A DNA stretch of 64,000 bases from Neoconidiobolus thromboides FSU 785 (taxonomy: Eukaryota; Fungi; Entomophthoromycota). Made by a program: the position numbers and the translations under genes. How positions within the stretch are numbered: the stretch's first letter is position 1; each line of letters starts with the position of its first letter. The stretch covers positions 306-64,305 of the forward strand of contig MU626377.1 in NCBI GenBank assembly GCA_025603075.1. Direction: 5' to 3'. Positions 1-12,951 of this stretch are shown here, piece after piece. The notes beneath the pieces were generated by a model. The model was not told the DNA's origin, did no database searches, and saw only the letters and a program-made list of their open reading frames with translations.

Positions 1-249
1 TTAATGATTTTCTCCAAGGTTTTTTTTCGAAAATTCATAAAGGATAAACAAAAATGTATAATACTAATATTATAAAAAAATAATTTTCTAATAAACCCTT
101 ATTTTTATAGATAGTATAGCTCTTAAAAAAACGCTTTATTTGTATAGTAAAAAACCTAATATTTTAAACATCAAAAAAAATTCTTAAAATATAAAAATCA
201 AAATTAACATAATAAATATTATAAGCATATATATTTTGGTTGATTTACC

Positions 250-355
250 ATATGGGGATGTATTTTTATGTTTAAGAATTTACTAACAATTTTTCCACTC
301 AAATAGTGCTTAAAAATGGGAAAAGTAATGAAGCCAAAAAAAACACCCCCCATAT
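250..355 (+). mobile_element. MITE family A copy (coordinates include TSDs)
   Basis: GGGGATGT...ACACCCCCC termini, conserved core TTTTTCCACTCAAATAGTGCTTAAAAATGG, flanks ATAT/ATAT. Confidence 0.9.
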
Positions 356-636
356 TGTACAATCAAGTTATATAAAATTTAATTCATCTATAGGCTTAAA
401 CTTGTTTAAAAAACTATTTTTACTCAAAACTTAAAGCTTGAAAACATTCTATTGTTATTACTATTATTACTAAATGTATGTTATGGAAAACTAAATTTTT
501 ATAGCACTATAATAGGTTCAATACTCAATGTAGCAAATTTTTATATAAAAGAATACAATTATATTAATTAATTTGAGTTTGAATAATATTTTAAAATTTC
601 AATTTAAAAAGTGTACAAAATTTAGGTTGTTGGAAG

Positions 637-741
637 ATGTGGTAATGTTTTTTTGGCTTCATTACTTTTTCCATCTTTTAAGCGCTATTTGAGTGAAAAA
701 TTGTTAGCAAAACTCTTAAATACAAAAATACATCCCCATAT
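637..741 (-). mobile_element. MITE family A copy
   Basis: Full reverse copy, flanks ATGT/ATAT, 243 bp upstream of the MATE ATG at 984. Confidence 0.85.
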
Positions 742-983
742 ATTGATATAGATTAATAATCAAAAATGTTAAGGAAGAGTGATTATGATTCTCAAAGTAC
801 AGTTGGCTCGTTAAAAGGAACAAAAAGTCGGAAATTCAGCTTTGAAAGACTGAGTATAAGTCTGTCATCATACTTTAAAGAATTAAATTTTATAAAAACC
901 CGAAATCAAGTGCTATGAGTATTTTTTTAAAAATATAAAAGTAGAGATATGAATCATTAAAAAATTCAAATTCTCATGAAAAA

Positions 984-2503
984 ATGGATAATAAAAAGAA
1001 CAATGAAGAATTAAGTAGTAGCTCACCATCAACTGAAACTAGCCCTTTACTTTCCAAACCAATTGACGATAAAGAACAAGATATATCTTATCCGTTTAAA
1101 ACTCAGGCGATTATTAATGAAATATTTTACATAATATCATGTGCAGTTCCAATCATTCTATCTACTTTTACCCAATTTGCTACTCCTACACTTAATTTAT
1201 ATTCCATGGGTCAGTTTTCTGCTTTAGAGGTTAGTTCTGCTGCGCTTTCGAACTTATTTTATAATGCCACCGCTAACTCATTAAGTTTGGGGATGGCAAC
1301 TGCATTAGATACATTATGTTCCCAGTCTTTCACAGGTTCAAGTGACAAACATCAAGTTGGTTTACATTTACAAAAAGGAATGATTATTCAGCAATTAATG
1401 TTAGTACCAGTTTATATTATATGGTGGTATTCTGAGTCTATATTACTTCTCTTAAAGCAAGACGCTGAGATGGCTTTTCTCTGTGGTCAATACTTAAGAG
1501 TCATGATTTTAGCTACTCCACCATACATTGCATTTGAATTACTGAAGAAGTATTTACAAGCTCAAAAAATCATGCGTGCTCAAACCTGGGTTCTGTTGGC
1601 TTCATTACCAGTTACTTTCTTTTTGAACTATATGCTTATGTGGAATCCAAAAACCTCTATTGGATTTTTAGGCGCTCCTTATACTCTCCTTGGTTCTAAC
1701 TGGACTTTATTTATATTTATGGTATTGTATATCAACTTTATTGAAGGTAAAGAATGCTGGGGAGGATGGAAAGAACAAAGTCTTAAAAACTGGGGAGTCT
1801 ATATTAAACTAGGGCTCTCTGGAATCCTAATGGTATGTTCTGAATGGTGGGCAGTTAATATTATGTCATTCAGTGTCAGTTATTTAGGCAGAGAAGCATT
1901 GGCAGCACATGCTATTACTATCAATATTGATATCATATTCTACTCATTTGCTATAAGCCTATCAATCGTAGCCAGTAACAGAATCGGGAACTTGTTGGGT
2001 TCAGAGCATATCAATCGAGCAAAGTTGGCTACTTTGTGTTTGGTTGGATTGGGATTGGGGATTTCTATGATGAATGCTTGTATTCTCGTTTTATTTAAAA
2101 ATCAATTTGCTTCTATCTTTACTCATGATGCCAATTTACAAAAGATCATTCTTACTTTAGTCCCTTTCCTTTGCTATTATCATGTAAAATATTTTCGTTT
2201 TTAATCATAACTATGACTAACTTTTTAAAGGTATTCGATAGTATCACTTGCATCAGCAACGGTATTCTAAGAGGACAAGGTAGACAAAAGATTGGTGCAG
2301 TAGTTAATTTAGTCAGTTGGTATATTATTGCTATACCAATTAGCTCCCTCCTTGGCTTTGGGCTACACTTTGGAGTTCAAGGAGTATGGGGTGGACTTGC
2401 TACAGCCCTTACATGTACTGGAGTCTCACTCACCTATTTGATGTCGAAGTCGGATTGGAATCAGCTAATTGGGAATGCTAAAGCCAGATTAAATTCTGCC
2501 TAG
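984..2503 (+). CDS. MATE family efflux transporter, 2 exons (984-2183, 2231-2503; ~490 aa)
   Basis: Motifs LGMATALDTLCSQSF, LKKYLQAQ, SEWWA, NRIGNLLG, GILRGQGRQKIGA. Intron 2184-2230 is GT..GACTAAC..AG and joins the two ORFs in frame. Confidence 0.95.
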
Positions 2504-3122
2504 CTACTTGAACGCATTTACACATTTTAATCTTATTTACTAAATGTTTAGAAACATAGAGTCCGGAGGTTTATGGGGCTCGGTTGAATGTTGTAACTTT
2601 ATAGAAGTTAATAAACGAGTAGAAAAATAAATGATATTATCTTTGGAATTATCATCTCTTGTTTTTTGTTTATTCGCTACATTTATCATTGACTCGTTAA
2701 AGTTGTTAGTAGAAATAGAATTATTACAGAAGTTGCTATTTTAAAACTGATATGAGATAATTTTATACTATACTATATAATAATCAGTGGTTATTCGAAA
2801 GCTTATCAAAACTATTTTACTAACAAAATATTATGTGATGATATTGCTATTTAGGAAATTTAGTTTTTTAATAAAAAGAATTTTTAGGTTTTATACCATA
2901 TAAGAATGGCCAAATCAGCAATAAAAAACAATTAATATATCAACTTTATAGTTTCTTTTTAGAAATACGTGGCTATGACAGTATTTATTTATAGTAAAAG
3001 AGATATTTTAAGAGAAACAGAGTTATAGTGTATTTTTAAGGATCGAAAGTATTCTCTAATTCTCTAATTTAAAAGCGACTAGGAATGACTCATTAGTTAG
3101 AAAGTGCTTCCACTCTGAACTG

Positions 3123-3380
3123 AATGAAGAAATAAGAACTAGACCACATTTATTTCCAAGTACCATTTTACAATAGTATATATGGATAGCCCGTATTATG
3201 GATATTGCAAGAAATGGCAAATCGGAATTGGAGCAAGAAAAAAACAGATTTGAAATAAATAATAAATTGCTGCCTCACGTGATATTATCACCTTCAATAT
3301 TATTACTTACAACAAAAGAGATTGTTAACCAGGCTTTCTGGATATAAGAGCAACTGGAGAAGGAATTTTATGATTTTAAA
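3123..3380 (+). pseudogene. Decayed coding fragment, identity uncertain
   Basis: About 85 codons read as protein-like sequence (EEIRTRPHLFPSTILQ*YIWIARIMDI...AFWI*EQLEKEFYDF) with only two stops in AT-rich DNA. Confidence 0.25.
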
Positions 3381-3468
3381 TCTGAATTAATTTTAAATAG
3401 CTTATAAAATATTACAAAAAAACCATGTATATCTTTATACTTTAATTTTAACAGATATTTATATAATG

Positions 3469-4560
3469 CTAACTTATACACATTTGAATTGAAGTAAACC
3501 TATAACTATCATAATAAAACAAGCAATTATTAACACTTAAAAAAGACATTTAGATAAAACGCAATCAGGATATGTGGATGTTTTTTTTGGCTTTATTATT
3601 TTTTCCATCTTTTAAGCGCTATTTGGGTGGAAAAATTGTTAGTAAAATTCTCAAATACAAAAATACATCCCCATATTCTAAATTGCTAGTTTTACATAGA
3701 GTAGTTCTATCATGTTCTAAAAGCAATTCATTATGGTTGTGGGAATTTCCAAGGATTTAGGAAGGTATTCGTATCTTGATATCTCTACTGTTAACAATCA
3801 TGGATGCCTTTAATATTTATAAATTAAACCATTTAGCAAAAGCGTCATTTCCAATCCTTGGTTCACTATAAGGGAGCAACTCCATTTGATCTCAATTTAA
3901 ATTCAATAATTTTAAGTCCAATAGAACTTATAGAAACTCCGTCACCTAAAGTACGATCTGTAATAATAATTCTATAATCATCACATTGTTTTAATGAAGC
4001 AGCAAACTCGTTTTTAAACCTGTGTAAAAATAATTTCATTCGATAATCTAATTCAGATTGGATATAAATGTTATTATCGCTATTTTCAACTGAGTATGGT
4101 GTTAGCAAAATTTGAAAATCAGCAATTCGATTCCGTAAATTATAATTACCTCTAAAAGATATAATGATTTATTTTGTGGCATCGTCTAAAGCCAAAAATT
4201 CTCTACCTCCTAAAATAGGTTCATCAAGCATGTATTGAACTTGAATACCATCACCTGCTTTTTTACAATAAACACAATTCCAGCTTTCTAAAATAAGACT
4301 ATTATAATAAGTGGTCCCAGAAAATTCGGATTTTTTTTTGCTTCATGTAGAGTACCAAATTTTAGATTAGATATAGTGAAGCTACATTGATCAATTGAAC
4401 TTCCTTATATATAGGTAATATTAATGAATTTTAAACCCTTAATAAAAATGGACCAAGTTAGGATCATTTCTAACATCAGGTAATTGAACATTGTCACTGA
4501 TTTGTACTGCAGTTCAATCACTCACTTTGAATCAATAATAGTGAAAGGGTTGATCAACAT
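3469..4560 (-). pseudogene. Class-3 (Lipase_3) secreted lipase pseudogene
   Basis: Minus-strand translation gives WNCVYC, IIISFRG, IADF, YRIIITDRTLGDGV (GHSLG position), YSEPRIGNDAFAKWFN, LEYPDC. Has several stops and frameshifts and a MITE insertion at 3570-3676. Confidence 0.85.
3570..3676 (-). mobile_element. MITE family A copy inserted in lipase pseudogene
   Basis: Flanks ATAT/ATAT. Removing the element plus one ATAT restores the frame T-S-N-L-E-Y-P-D-C. Confidence 0.92.
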
Positions 4561-5156
4561 TTGGCTGAAAACTATTTTCTGTTTTATGTTGAGTCGTTTG
4601 ATCAATTTATATCAATCTAATACAACATCTTTTGTCCAGTATTTGACGTGTGAGTTTAAAGGCATAATTATGATTATTCAATTTTAGTTGATTAGTTTTA
4701 AACTAAGCAAAAAAAGCCCCGTTTTCATAATATTCGGCTTTGGTTATCAGCTTTTATAAGAAGTAACTCGAAAATGGATTTAATCTTGAGTATAAGTAAA
4801 CTCAAGTTATATCTATTCATTATCAAACTTAGTATATAACCTAACCTTTTTCAATTCCTTAAAAGCTATAAGATTTTTATATTGAAAATTGATCTTTTTA
4901 ATAAAATAAATGTATAGAGAGTGAAATTTTTATATTATGAATACTTATTCTAAAAAAATTCGCTATATTTATGACTATCGTATCAAGTACATAGCTAAAG
5001 TACCAATTCCAAGATTTAGACTCTAGTCTTCTATATTATAAACAAAATATGATAGCACTAAGTTATAAGATCAAAAATTAATGTCTCATAAATAAATTTA
5101 CTACCTCTGTCTGGGAAAGAGGGCCCGGTTTGAGAAGACCCTTTGGTTTTATTAAA

Positions 5157-5263
5157 ATATGGGGATGTATTTTTGTATTTAAGAATTTTACTAACAAATT
5201 TTCCACTCAAATAGTGCTTAAAAAATGGAAAAAATAATGAAGCCAAAAAAAACATCCCCATAT
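5157..5263 (+). mobile_element. MITE family A copy
   Basis: Near-consensus copy (5161-5259, 99 bp), flanks ATAT/ATAT. Confidence 0.93.
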
Positions 5264-5463
5264 AGTAAAATATATACTTCTTTTTAAAAAAATTGCTTAC
5301 GTTGAGGATTATACAACAATGCTAGTATGGAATTTCTAGTATCAATACTGGTGGAGTTGTAATTTTCTAAAGTTTAAACAACCTCAGAATTTTTCAAAAT
5401 GCTTTGGCTATTTGACAAATATTAAGCAATTAGACATGACTTTTTACATTTTTGAAAAGGTTA

Positions 5464-5569
5464 GTATGGGAATATATTTTTATATTTAAGGACTTTACCA
5501 TCAATTTTTCGATTCAAATAACGCTTAAAAGATGTAAAAAGTGATGAAGTCAAAAAAACATCCTCATAT
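5464..5569 (+). mobile_element. MITE family A copy (diverged)
   Basis: GGGAATAT...ACATCCTC, flanks GTAT/ATAT. Confidence 0.8.
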
Positions 5570-6165
5570 AATGTTAATTATAAGTTTTTTAAGTTCTACT
5601 ATAATTAATAAAATATTTTAAAGCTTACACAAAAGAATTATAGCAAAATTTAAGATTTTAATCAAACCTCTTATAAATATCTAATATTATTGTAATAAGT
5701 CATGATAAAATCAATTAAGCATGATCGTTCGTATTATATTAATATAAAAATAATATTAGTAAAAAATCTTCATCAAAATTAGCCTTTATAGAAAAAATGT
5801 AAAATTTATATTATGTTTATGCTATTTTATTACACTTGTAATAATTCCAGAATATACAGTATAGTATTAGTAAAAAATAAATATTCTTATTTTACGTTAA
5901 AATCAATATAGAAATGTTTGAATTGATTTTATTTTTTTGTTTTATTTTTCAAATATTTTATATTAAGAATTTTGCTTGAAGTTTTATAAAAATAATTTTT
6001 TTACTAAAAGGCAAATTACTTAACAGTTTTAAATTATTTATTATAATATACGTTATATGTTAGTAGAATTTCTATTAGTTTCAATAAAAATTATTATATT
6101 GGCAAGGAATTTACTAACATAACTTATGTATTAACATTAATTAGAGTTATAATATGCAAATAAGT

Positions 6166-6272
6166 ATATGGGGATGTATTGTTGTGTTTGAGAATTTTAC
6201 TAACAATTTTTTCCGCTTAAATAGCGCTTAAAAATGGAAAAAATAATGAAGTCAAAAAAAACACTCCCATAT
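6166..6272 (+). mobile_element. MITE family A copy
   Basis: Full copy, flanks ATAT/ATAT. Confidence 0.9.
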
Positions 6273-6535
6273 GTTTTTGTAAAGCTTTATTAAAAAATAT
6301 TTATTATCAAATGCTTTATAACTGATATTTTAGATTTGCTATTAAATAAACAAATAAATAATTTCAATGCTGCAATTCCATTGTTGATATATTATTAAGT
6401 TAACAAATAACTACCTAGGAGGAAGTAATTGGCTCTAAGACTATAATTATTTATTTTTATATAACACAAACAATATAATGATAGTTTTTTGATTATTATT
6501 ACTACTTGTTTTTTGATTATTTATCAACTTAGCTA

Positions 6536-6997
6536 TGTGAAATATCGCTTTGTTAGCTCTATGATTGATTATAAAATAACAATCACTCAAATTGTTGCGT
6601 TCTGGAGTTCAGAGACAATCAATCCTATAGTCCTATTTTGATTTGTTATGAGAATTTCTAACTTCGCTTCAAAGAATGCTATCCTCTCATTTTGATATCC
6701 ATACCTGTTAGGGTACAAAAAAGGTTTTAGAACATAATAATTCAAGACTTTTTAATTATACTGTTCTCTGATATTGTACCTTTAATAAAGTCACTAAGTC
6801 TTTCTGATATTATTTTATGTAGATTTCACATTAGTATTATCTATTCCATTTGTCTTACATAGTCCATAGCCTATTACGTGCTATTCTTCATAATTCAAGT
6901 CTATCTTGGTCACATAAACTAAGACATTTCGACTTACAGTATAGTCAACTAAGCAAGGACTGCTTTTGATTCCAGTCACTGAATACCAGATTTCATA
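6536..6997 (-). mobile_element. Solo LTR-like repeat, family B (~460 bp)
   Basis: Reverse-complement homolog of 50580-51045 and 57385-57848. Termini TGTGAAAT...ATTTCATA, flanks GCTA/GCTG. Confidence 0.75.
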
Positions 6998-7155
6998 GCT
7001 GTTAGTAACTTCAGTAGTGTCAATATTTAATAAACTATTTGCTTGTTTAATAAATATTGAGTTTGATTTTTTAATTTTTTTTAATTTTCTATGAACTTTA
7101 TAAATTTAGTTAAAGTTATATTAAAATTTTTTAATTTGTTAAATACTGGATAATA

Positions 7156-7262
7156 ATATGGGGATGGATTTTTGTGTTTAAAAATTTTACTAACAACTTT
7201 TCCTCTCAAATAGTGCTTAAAAGATGGAAAAAGTAATGAAGCTAAAAAAAACACCACCATAC
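7156..7262 (+). mobile_element. MITE family A copy
   Basis: Full copy, flanks ATAT/ATAC. Confidence 0.88.
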
Positions 7263-7402
7263 AGTTTATTGCTATATTTAATAAAATATAAACATTTTTT
7301 AATACTTTGTTTTTTTTGTTTTTTTTTGTTTTTTGTTTTTTTGTTTTTTATGCTTTTTAAAAATTATGCTTGTTTTTCTATTATTTAGCTATTAGTCTTA
7401 TT

Positions 7403-7478
7403 ATATGTGAATATATTTTTTGTCTAATTTTACTAATAATCTATCCACTCAAATAGTGCTCAAAAAATATCACCATAT
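7403..7478 (+). mobile_element. MITE family A, internally deleted copy
   Basis: GTGAATAT...CCACTCAAATAGTGCTC..AATATCACC. Shares its right ATAT with the next copy. Confidence 0.7.
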
Positions 7479-7580
7479 GGGAGTGTATTTTTGTATTTAA
7501 GAATTTTACTAACAATTTTTCCACTCAAATAGCGCTTAAAAATGGAAAAAGTGATGAAACCAAAAAAAACATTCTCATAT
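7475..7580 (+). mobile_element. MITE family A copy (middle of abutting trio)
   Basis: Full copy, ATAT shared with a neighbour on each side. Confidence 0.9.
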
Positions 7581-7683
7581 GGGGATTTTTTTTTTGGCTT
7601 CATCATTTTTTCCATCTTTCAAGCGCTATTTGAGTGGAAAAATTGTTAGTAAAATTCTTAAATACAAAAATACACTCCCGTAT
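7577..7683 (-). mobile_element. MITE family A copy (inverted partner of 7475-7580)
   Basis: Junction CTC-ATAT-GGGG, right flank GTAT. Confidence 0.9.
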
Positions 7684-7726
7684 GGTAAATTATAGTTTAA
7701 TACTTCAAATAATCAAAATAAACTTC

Positions 7727-7832
7727 ATTTGGAGGTGTTTTTTTGGTTTCATCACTTTTTCCACTTTTTAAGTACTATTCAAGCAGAAAGATTATTAGTA
7801 AAATCTTTAAATAAAAAAATACATCCATATAT
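7727..7832 (-). mobile_element. MITE family A copy (diverged)
   Basis: GGAGGTGT...ACATCCAT, flanks ATTT/ATAT. Confidence 0.8.
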
Positions 7833-8105
7833 TAAAGTTCGTTTTAAAAAATGTCTCAAATTAATAAATAACGTCTACATTCTATGGAAATCGGTTATAA
7901 CTAATCACACAATCTACAAAAACATTACTTTATTATATTATTTAAATAAAATAGTATCAACTTAATTCTTTTTTTATTAAAATTAGATCTATCAATTAAA
8001 GAAAATTTAAAAGAAAATTAAATCTTAAATATCAATTATCCATTTTAATTAGCGTAATAAGCTTAGTTTTAATAAAAAAAACAACTTTCCCTTCTTTCCT
8101 CTTGT

Positions 8106-11100
8106 TTACTCCACATCTCCAACTTCTTCGCTTTCAAATATAGTATCCAATAGCTGAGTTGTATTTCCAGGTGTTTGTTCAAGTACTCTAGTAGTTGGAC
8201 CTTCTACGGCACTCAATTTACTCTGTTCTCCTTCATCAACTTGTTCTTTTTCTCTAATAGGCCCAGCAGCTTCATCTAGTACTTTAATATAATTGAAATA
8301 AGGGAGCCAATCGGGTATGGATTCTTTTGGATTATAAATTTCCATTGAAGTTTTGGTTTGTTTCATTCTAAATAATTAAGAAAATTAATAAAAACAGATT
8401 ATTTATTTTAATTTCAAATTAAAAGTTTAAAGTTAATAAAATAATAAACTTACAATTCTCTAGCATGTAATGGTACTAAAATACTTTTAACTACTAAGGA
8501 AAGTAATCGATATGTTTTTAATACTTTTAATTTTAATTTTTCCAAATCCTCTTTTGTTTTATTTTCCCCCTCTACTCCTTCTACTTCCCCTTCTTTGTCC
8601 TTATTTTCACCTTTCATAACTTTGATAACTTCTCTTATAAAAACTTGATGTGTTTTGGCTACATTTTTTGATGTTAATGTAGTATGTTTACCAATGTTTC
8701 TTAAAGTAGTTGCTATTAATTTTGTTAAACTTAAAGTTCCATGAAATTTATCTTCATCAACCATTGACTTTTTATAGGACTGAAAACAAAAAATAAAATA
8801 TTATTAATTATATAAAATAAATTTACCTCATAAACTACATCTTCCATAAATTTTAATGTTGATTCAAATACCTTAATTTCTTTTGTACGTTTGATTTTTT
8901 CCTTTAGATTTTGATAAAATATTAATTTAACACTTTCGTCAATAATGGGATCCATTAAACCAAAATTTTGAATTATATTAATCATTAGTTCAATTGGATA
9001 AACATTTAATAATGCTGTACGTAACATTGATATTATAATTTGTACATAACTTTCTCTTAATGAAGTTTGTTTTAATATAACTATCATTTAAAATAAATAA
9101 AGAATAAAGTTATTAATATTTATGTAGTTAATTAATTAATTATAATCTTACATGGATGTTCATTCTCTGCTAATCCTTCCTCATATTGTTTTAACAAAGC
9201 TTCATCCCATTCTTTCGTTATATTACTAGTAAATAACTTACAATTTTCCTGTAATGTTAAACTGGAAGGTAATAAAGAAATACTCTGTTGAAATATTGGA
9301 GTTTGAGTATCTAGCCAAGCAATGTCACAAATCATGACAAAACTCTATTAAAAAATAGATTAACTTTTGTTTCTTTTTTCAAAAATAAAATAAAATAAAA
9401 TAAAATAAAACTTACAAATCTTTTAACATGGAAATAATTTCGATTTTCTTGTTTAAATTGTTCATCAAATTGTAAAATATCTAATAAATGGCCTAATAAT
9501 TCTCTTCTCAGATTATTTAATTCTTTGTCTGAACCAGTTTCAGTTAATTGATTGTCAATGGTTGATTTACATAACCATAAATAAATTCGATATTTAATAT
9601 CTAAACAAGCAATTGAATTCTAAATTTAATTAATTGTTGTTATTATTATACAACAATAAGTATAGCTTACTTTTAAATTAATATCAATTTGATTTTGATC
9701 TCCTAATTCAATTAATTGTATAAATATTTCTAATATTTCCGTTTTTTTATAATAAATTAAATTAATTCCCCAATCATTCAATATGAATAATACTCTTAAT
9801 CGCTGTAATTCAGGTAATATATTTTCTGCATCATTCTAAACAAATAAAAAATAAAGAATTATTAATATCAAATCATATTACATCATATACTCTTCTCATT
9901 AATATATTCATATATTCAAACTTACTTTATATAATACTATTTTATCAGCTATATCATCAAATAATTTTTCAATAAATGATTGGAACTCTTGTGGTGGAAT
10001 AGTATCAAAAGTAGCTAAACTTTTTAAACTCAATGTAATTTGATATAACACCAAAGTATCACTATGAGTTAAAAATAACTTATTAATTTGTAATAATAAG
10101 TGTTCATAAGACTATAATAAATAAATAAAATAACATTGATATTAGTCAATATTAACTATCGTTATTACTAAAATAAACTCACTTTCATTTTTCCTGCATC
10201 TAAAAATAACTCCCCATTCAATGTGATTTCAATTAATTTTAATACTGAAATAATAGCTTCATCATTTGAAAAATACTTATTAATTAAAGCATCAAATGGT
10301 CGAGCTTCTTGAAGTAAATAATCTTTTAAATTAATAAAAGGATGAATTTCAATTGACTAAAACAAACAAAATTAGTTAAATTGGCATTATTCTATTGTTT
10401 TAAATTATTAATAATAACACAAGATATTTACCTTTTTTTCCAATTTTTCTTGGTTAATATCATTTAATTTACTTTCTTCCAATAATAATTTAAATGCTAC
10501 TTGCATAATTTTTAACAATAAAATATCTTCTTTTTCATTTAATTTAATTCCTCTTTTTCGATTTTGTTTATTTTGTTGTCCAGATAACTCAATTAAGGTT
10601 TTCCAGTCCTAATAAAAAAATAGAAAATTATTATTCATTATTATTTTTTATTATTATTGTTCTTACTTTAATAAATTCTAATTGATCCCAAAGAGCAGTA
10701 ACAATAGTAGTAATCATATTGTTTTGAGTTACTTTAGAAGCCAGTGAAAAACCATCGATAATATCTAATAATCCATTTTCATTATGATTTAAAAAATCTA
10801 ATTTACTATCCAATAAGATTTGCAATAAACATTTAACTCCTAACTGATTAATTTCATTTTCCTTCAACTTTCCTTTATTAGTTTCTAATACATCTTTACT
10901 TATTTCAGGTATCATTTCCTCAATAATAACATATTTAATAAAAGGAGCAATTGATTTTTGTACTTTTTCTTCTTTTGAAAATAACACATTAATCATTTTC
11001 TTTTTTTCATCTTCATCTAACAATCCATTTTGATGTAATTTATAAATCAATTTAATAGCTGAACATTTTACATTAAGTTCAATTTCTTTTAATCCCATTT

Positions 11101-11777
11101 CTAATATTCTTTCTTTATAATTACTAATAAATTGTTGAATAAATGTGGAAATCCCTTCTTTTTTTAAGATAATACTAATTCCTGCTAATGCTTCATTACG
11201 TACATTAGATGCCTATAATTTTATTAAATGTTGAATTTGATATTATTTTACAATTATAATTATAATTATTAATAAAATTACTTTATCTGATAACAACCAA
11301 CCTAAATATTTTAAATGTTCATTATTTAAAAAATAAGTGGGATATTTTAATGTAAATGAAGCTAATTCACTAGCACACTCAGCCCTTATATTATTATCAA
11401 TATCTCTATATCGAGGCTCAAATACTCTATAAATAAAATCAAAATTAGAAATTTCAATTTATTTTATTCTATTAAATTATTCTATTTTAAATAATAATAA
11501 TCTTACTTATCAAAAAATAATTCTAATATAGCTTCAAATTGATTTAATTGTTCTTCTAGTTCACTTTGTTTTTCCATTTGTTTCTTTTTTTCTCCTAAAT
11601 TTGATTTTTTCTTTTTCATTTGTTTAATAGCATTATTTTTATTATGCTCAATTTCAGAACATCCTTCACTTAGAAAACTCATAATATTTAATGCCAAACT
11701 AGTAGCTGTAATACGAAAAGGACGGTAATTACAGCTATTAAGTAAAGGGAATTAAATAAAAAATAAAATATTAATGC

Positions 11778-11857
<80 letters not shown>

Positions 11858-12431
11858 TACCTGGACATTCCGATTAACCAATTCATTAATAAAGATAAAA
11901 AGGACATATCTGAGATAACATCATATAAGCCCAGTTTAAATAATTGTTTAAAAAATTCAATTAATCTTTTCTTTATATGTTTTTTTTCTTTTGATTTACT
12001 ACCATATGGAAATTCATTGTCTTCTTCTCCCTATTTAAATAAATAAATAATAAAATTAATATTGGTCATTATTATTTTATATTTATGAATAATTCAATTA
12101 CAGTTACTTACCGCCTCAATCTTATCTTGTAGCTCTTCTAATACTGTATCAATTTTAAGTTCCCCTTGAATTGATTCTTTAGATACTACGATTGAACTAC
12201 CAGCACACTATAATAAAATACATATATAATTAATATAAATTATAAATGTTATTATTGCTAAGTCAGTATTTTACTTTTACAATAACACCCAATACTTGAT
12301 AAATAGCTTCAATTTGTTCTTTACTTGTATAAAGTTGAATCCAGTCTTTAACTAATTCTTGTACAGCGATATCTGTTTTAAAAATATTATCTAATAAAAA
12401 ATAAGTAAAATTAATTATAAATTAAATAATG

Positions 12432-12463
<32 letters not shown>

Positions 12464-12602
12464 ATAGAATACCATATAAATTTAAACTATTATCTTCAAC
12501 ACATAAGTTTAGAGTAAATTCTTTGGATTGATTTTTTTCTAATTTTCTTTTCTTAATTCCCTTTTTAGTTGGGGTTTTTGATTTTACTCCGTGTTTAGTC
12601 AT
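8106..12602 (-). CDS. SCC3: Cohesin subunit SCC3/STAG (IRR1/Psc3), many short introns; exon boundaries not all resolved
   Basis: Exon translations RPFRITATSLALNIMSFL, FEPRYRDIDNNIRAECASELA, HLKYLGWLLSDK, NVRNEALAGI are STAG/SCD-domain motifs. Basic N-terminus MTKHGVKSKTP. Confidence 0.88.
11785..11856. repeat. (TAT/AAT) trinucleotide microsatellite, ~24 units, intronic
   Basis: Uninterrupted TATTATT... run directly after the minus-strand splice donor near 11860. Confidence 0.95.
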
Positions 12603-12951
12603 CTTTTATTTTTTTTTCTTATTTTTACTTTATAAAAATAAATTTATATTATGATAATAAAAAAGATAAAAAGATATTTATTATTGAGAATTGAAGCCTT
12701 AAAAAAAATCAATTAAATTGTATTGAAATTTCAAGGATAGAAATCATCAGTAAAATGGAGCTTTAATTGGCTAATTGAAAGTATTAGTAAATTTGATGAT
12801 TGATTTTTGAAATGAGTTAACAATTTTCAATAAACATTCAATATAATTGGCTAAAACTAAAATATTAATATTATAATAATTTCTATTAAAAAAGCATTGT
12901 TTCTAATCAAATTTAAACTACTCATATTTTATTATCGATATTATCACATAA

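Noticed and set aside
7300-7350. T-rich (TTTTTG)n run and the A15 run near 45588
   Set aside because: Low-complexity sequence with no retroposed body attached.
11774-12046. ORF with poly-Ile tract (and the poly-Asn in ORF 12411-12602)
   Set aside because: Translation of intronic ATT microsatellites in or antisense to SCC3.
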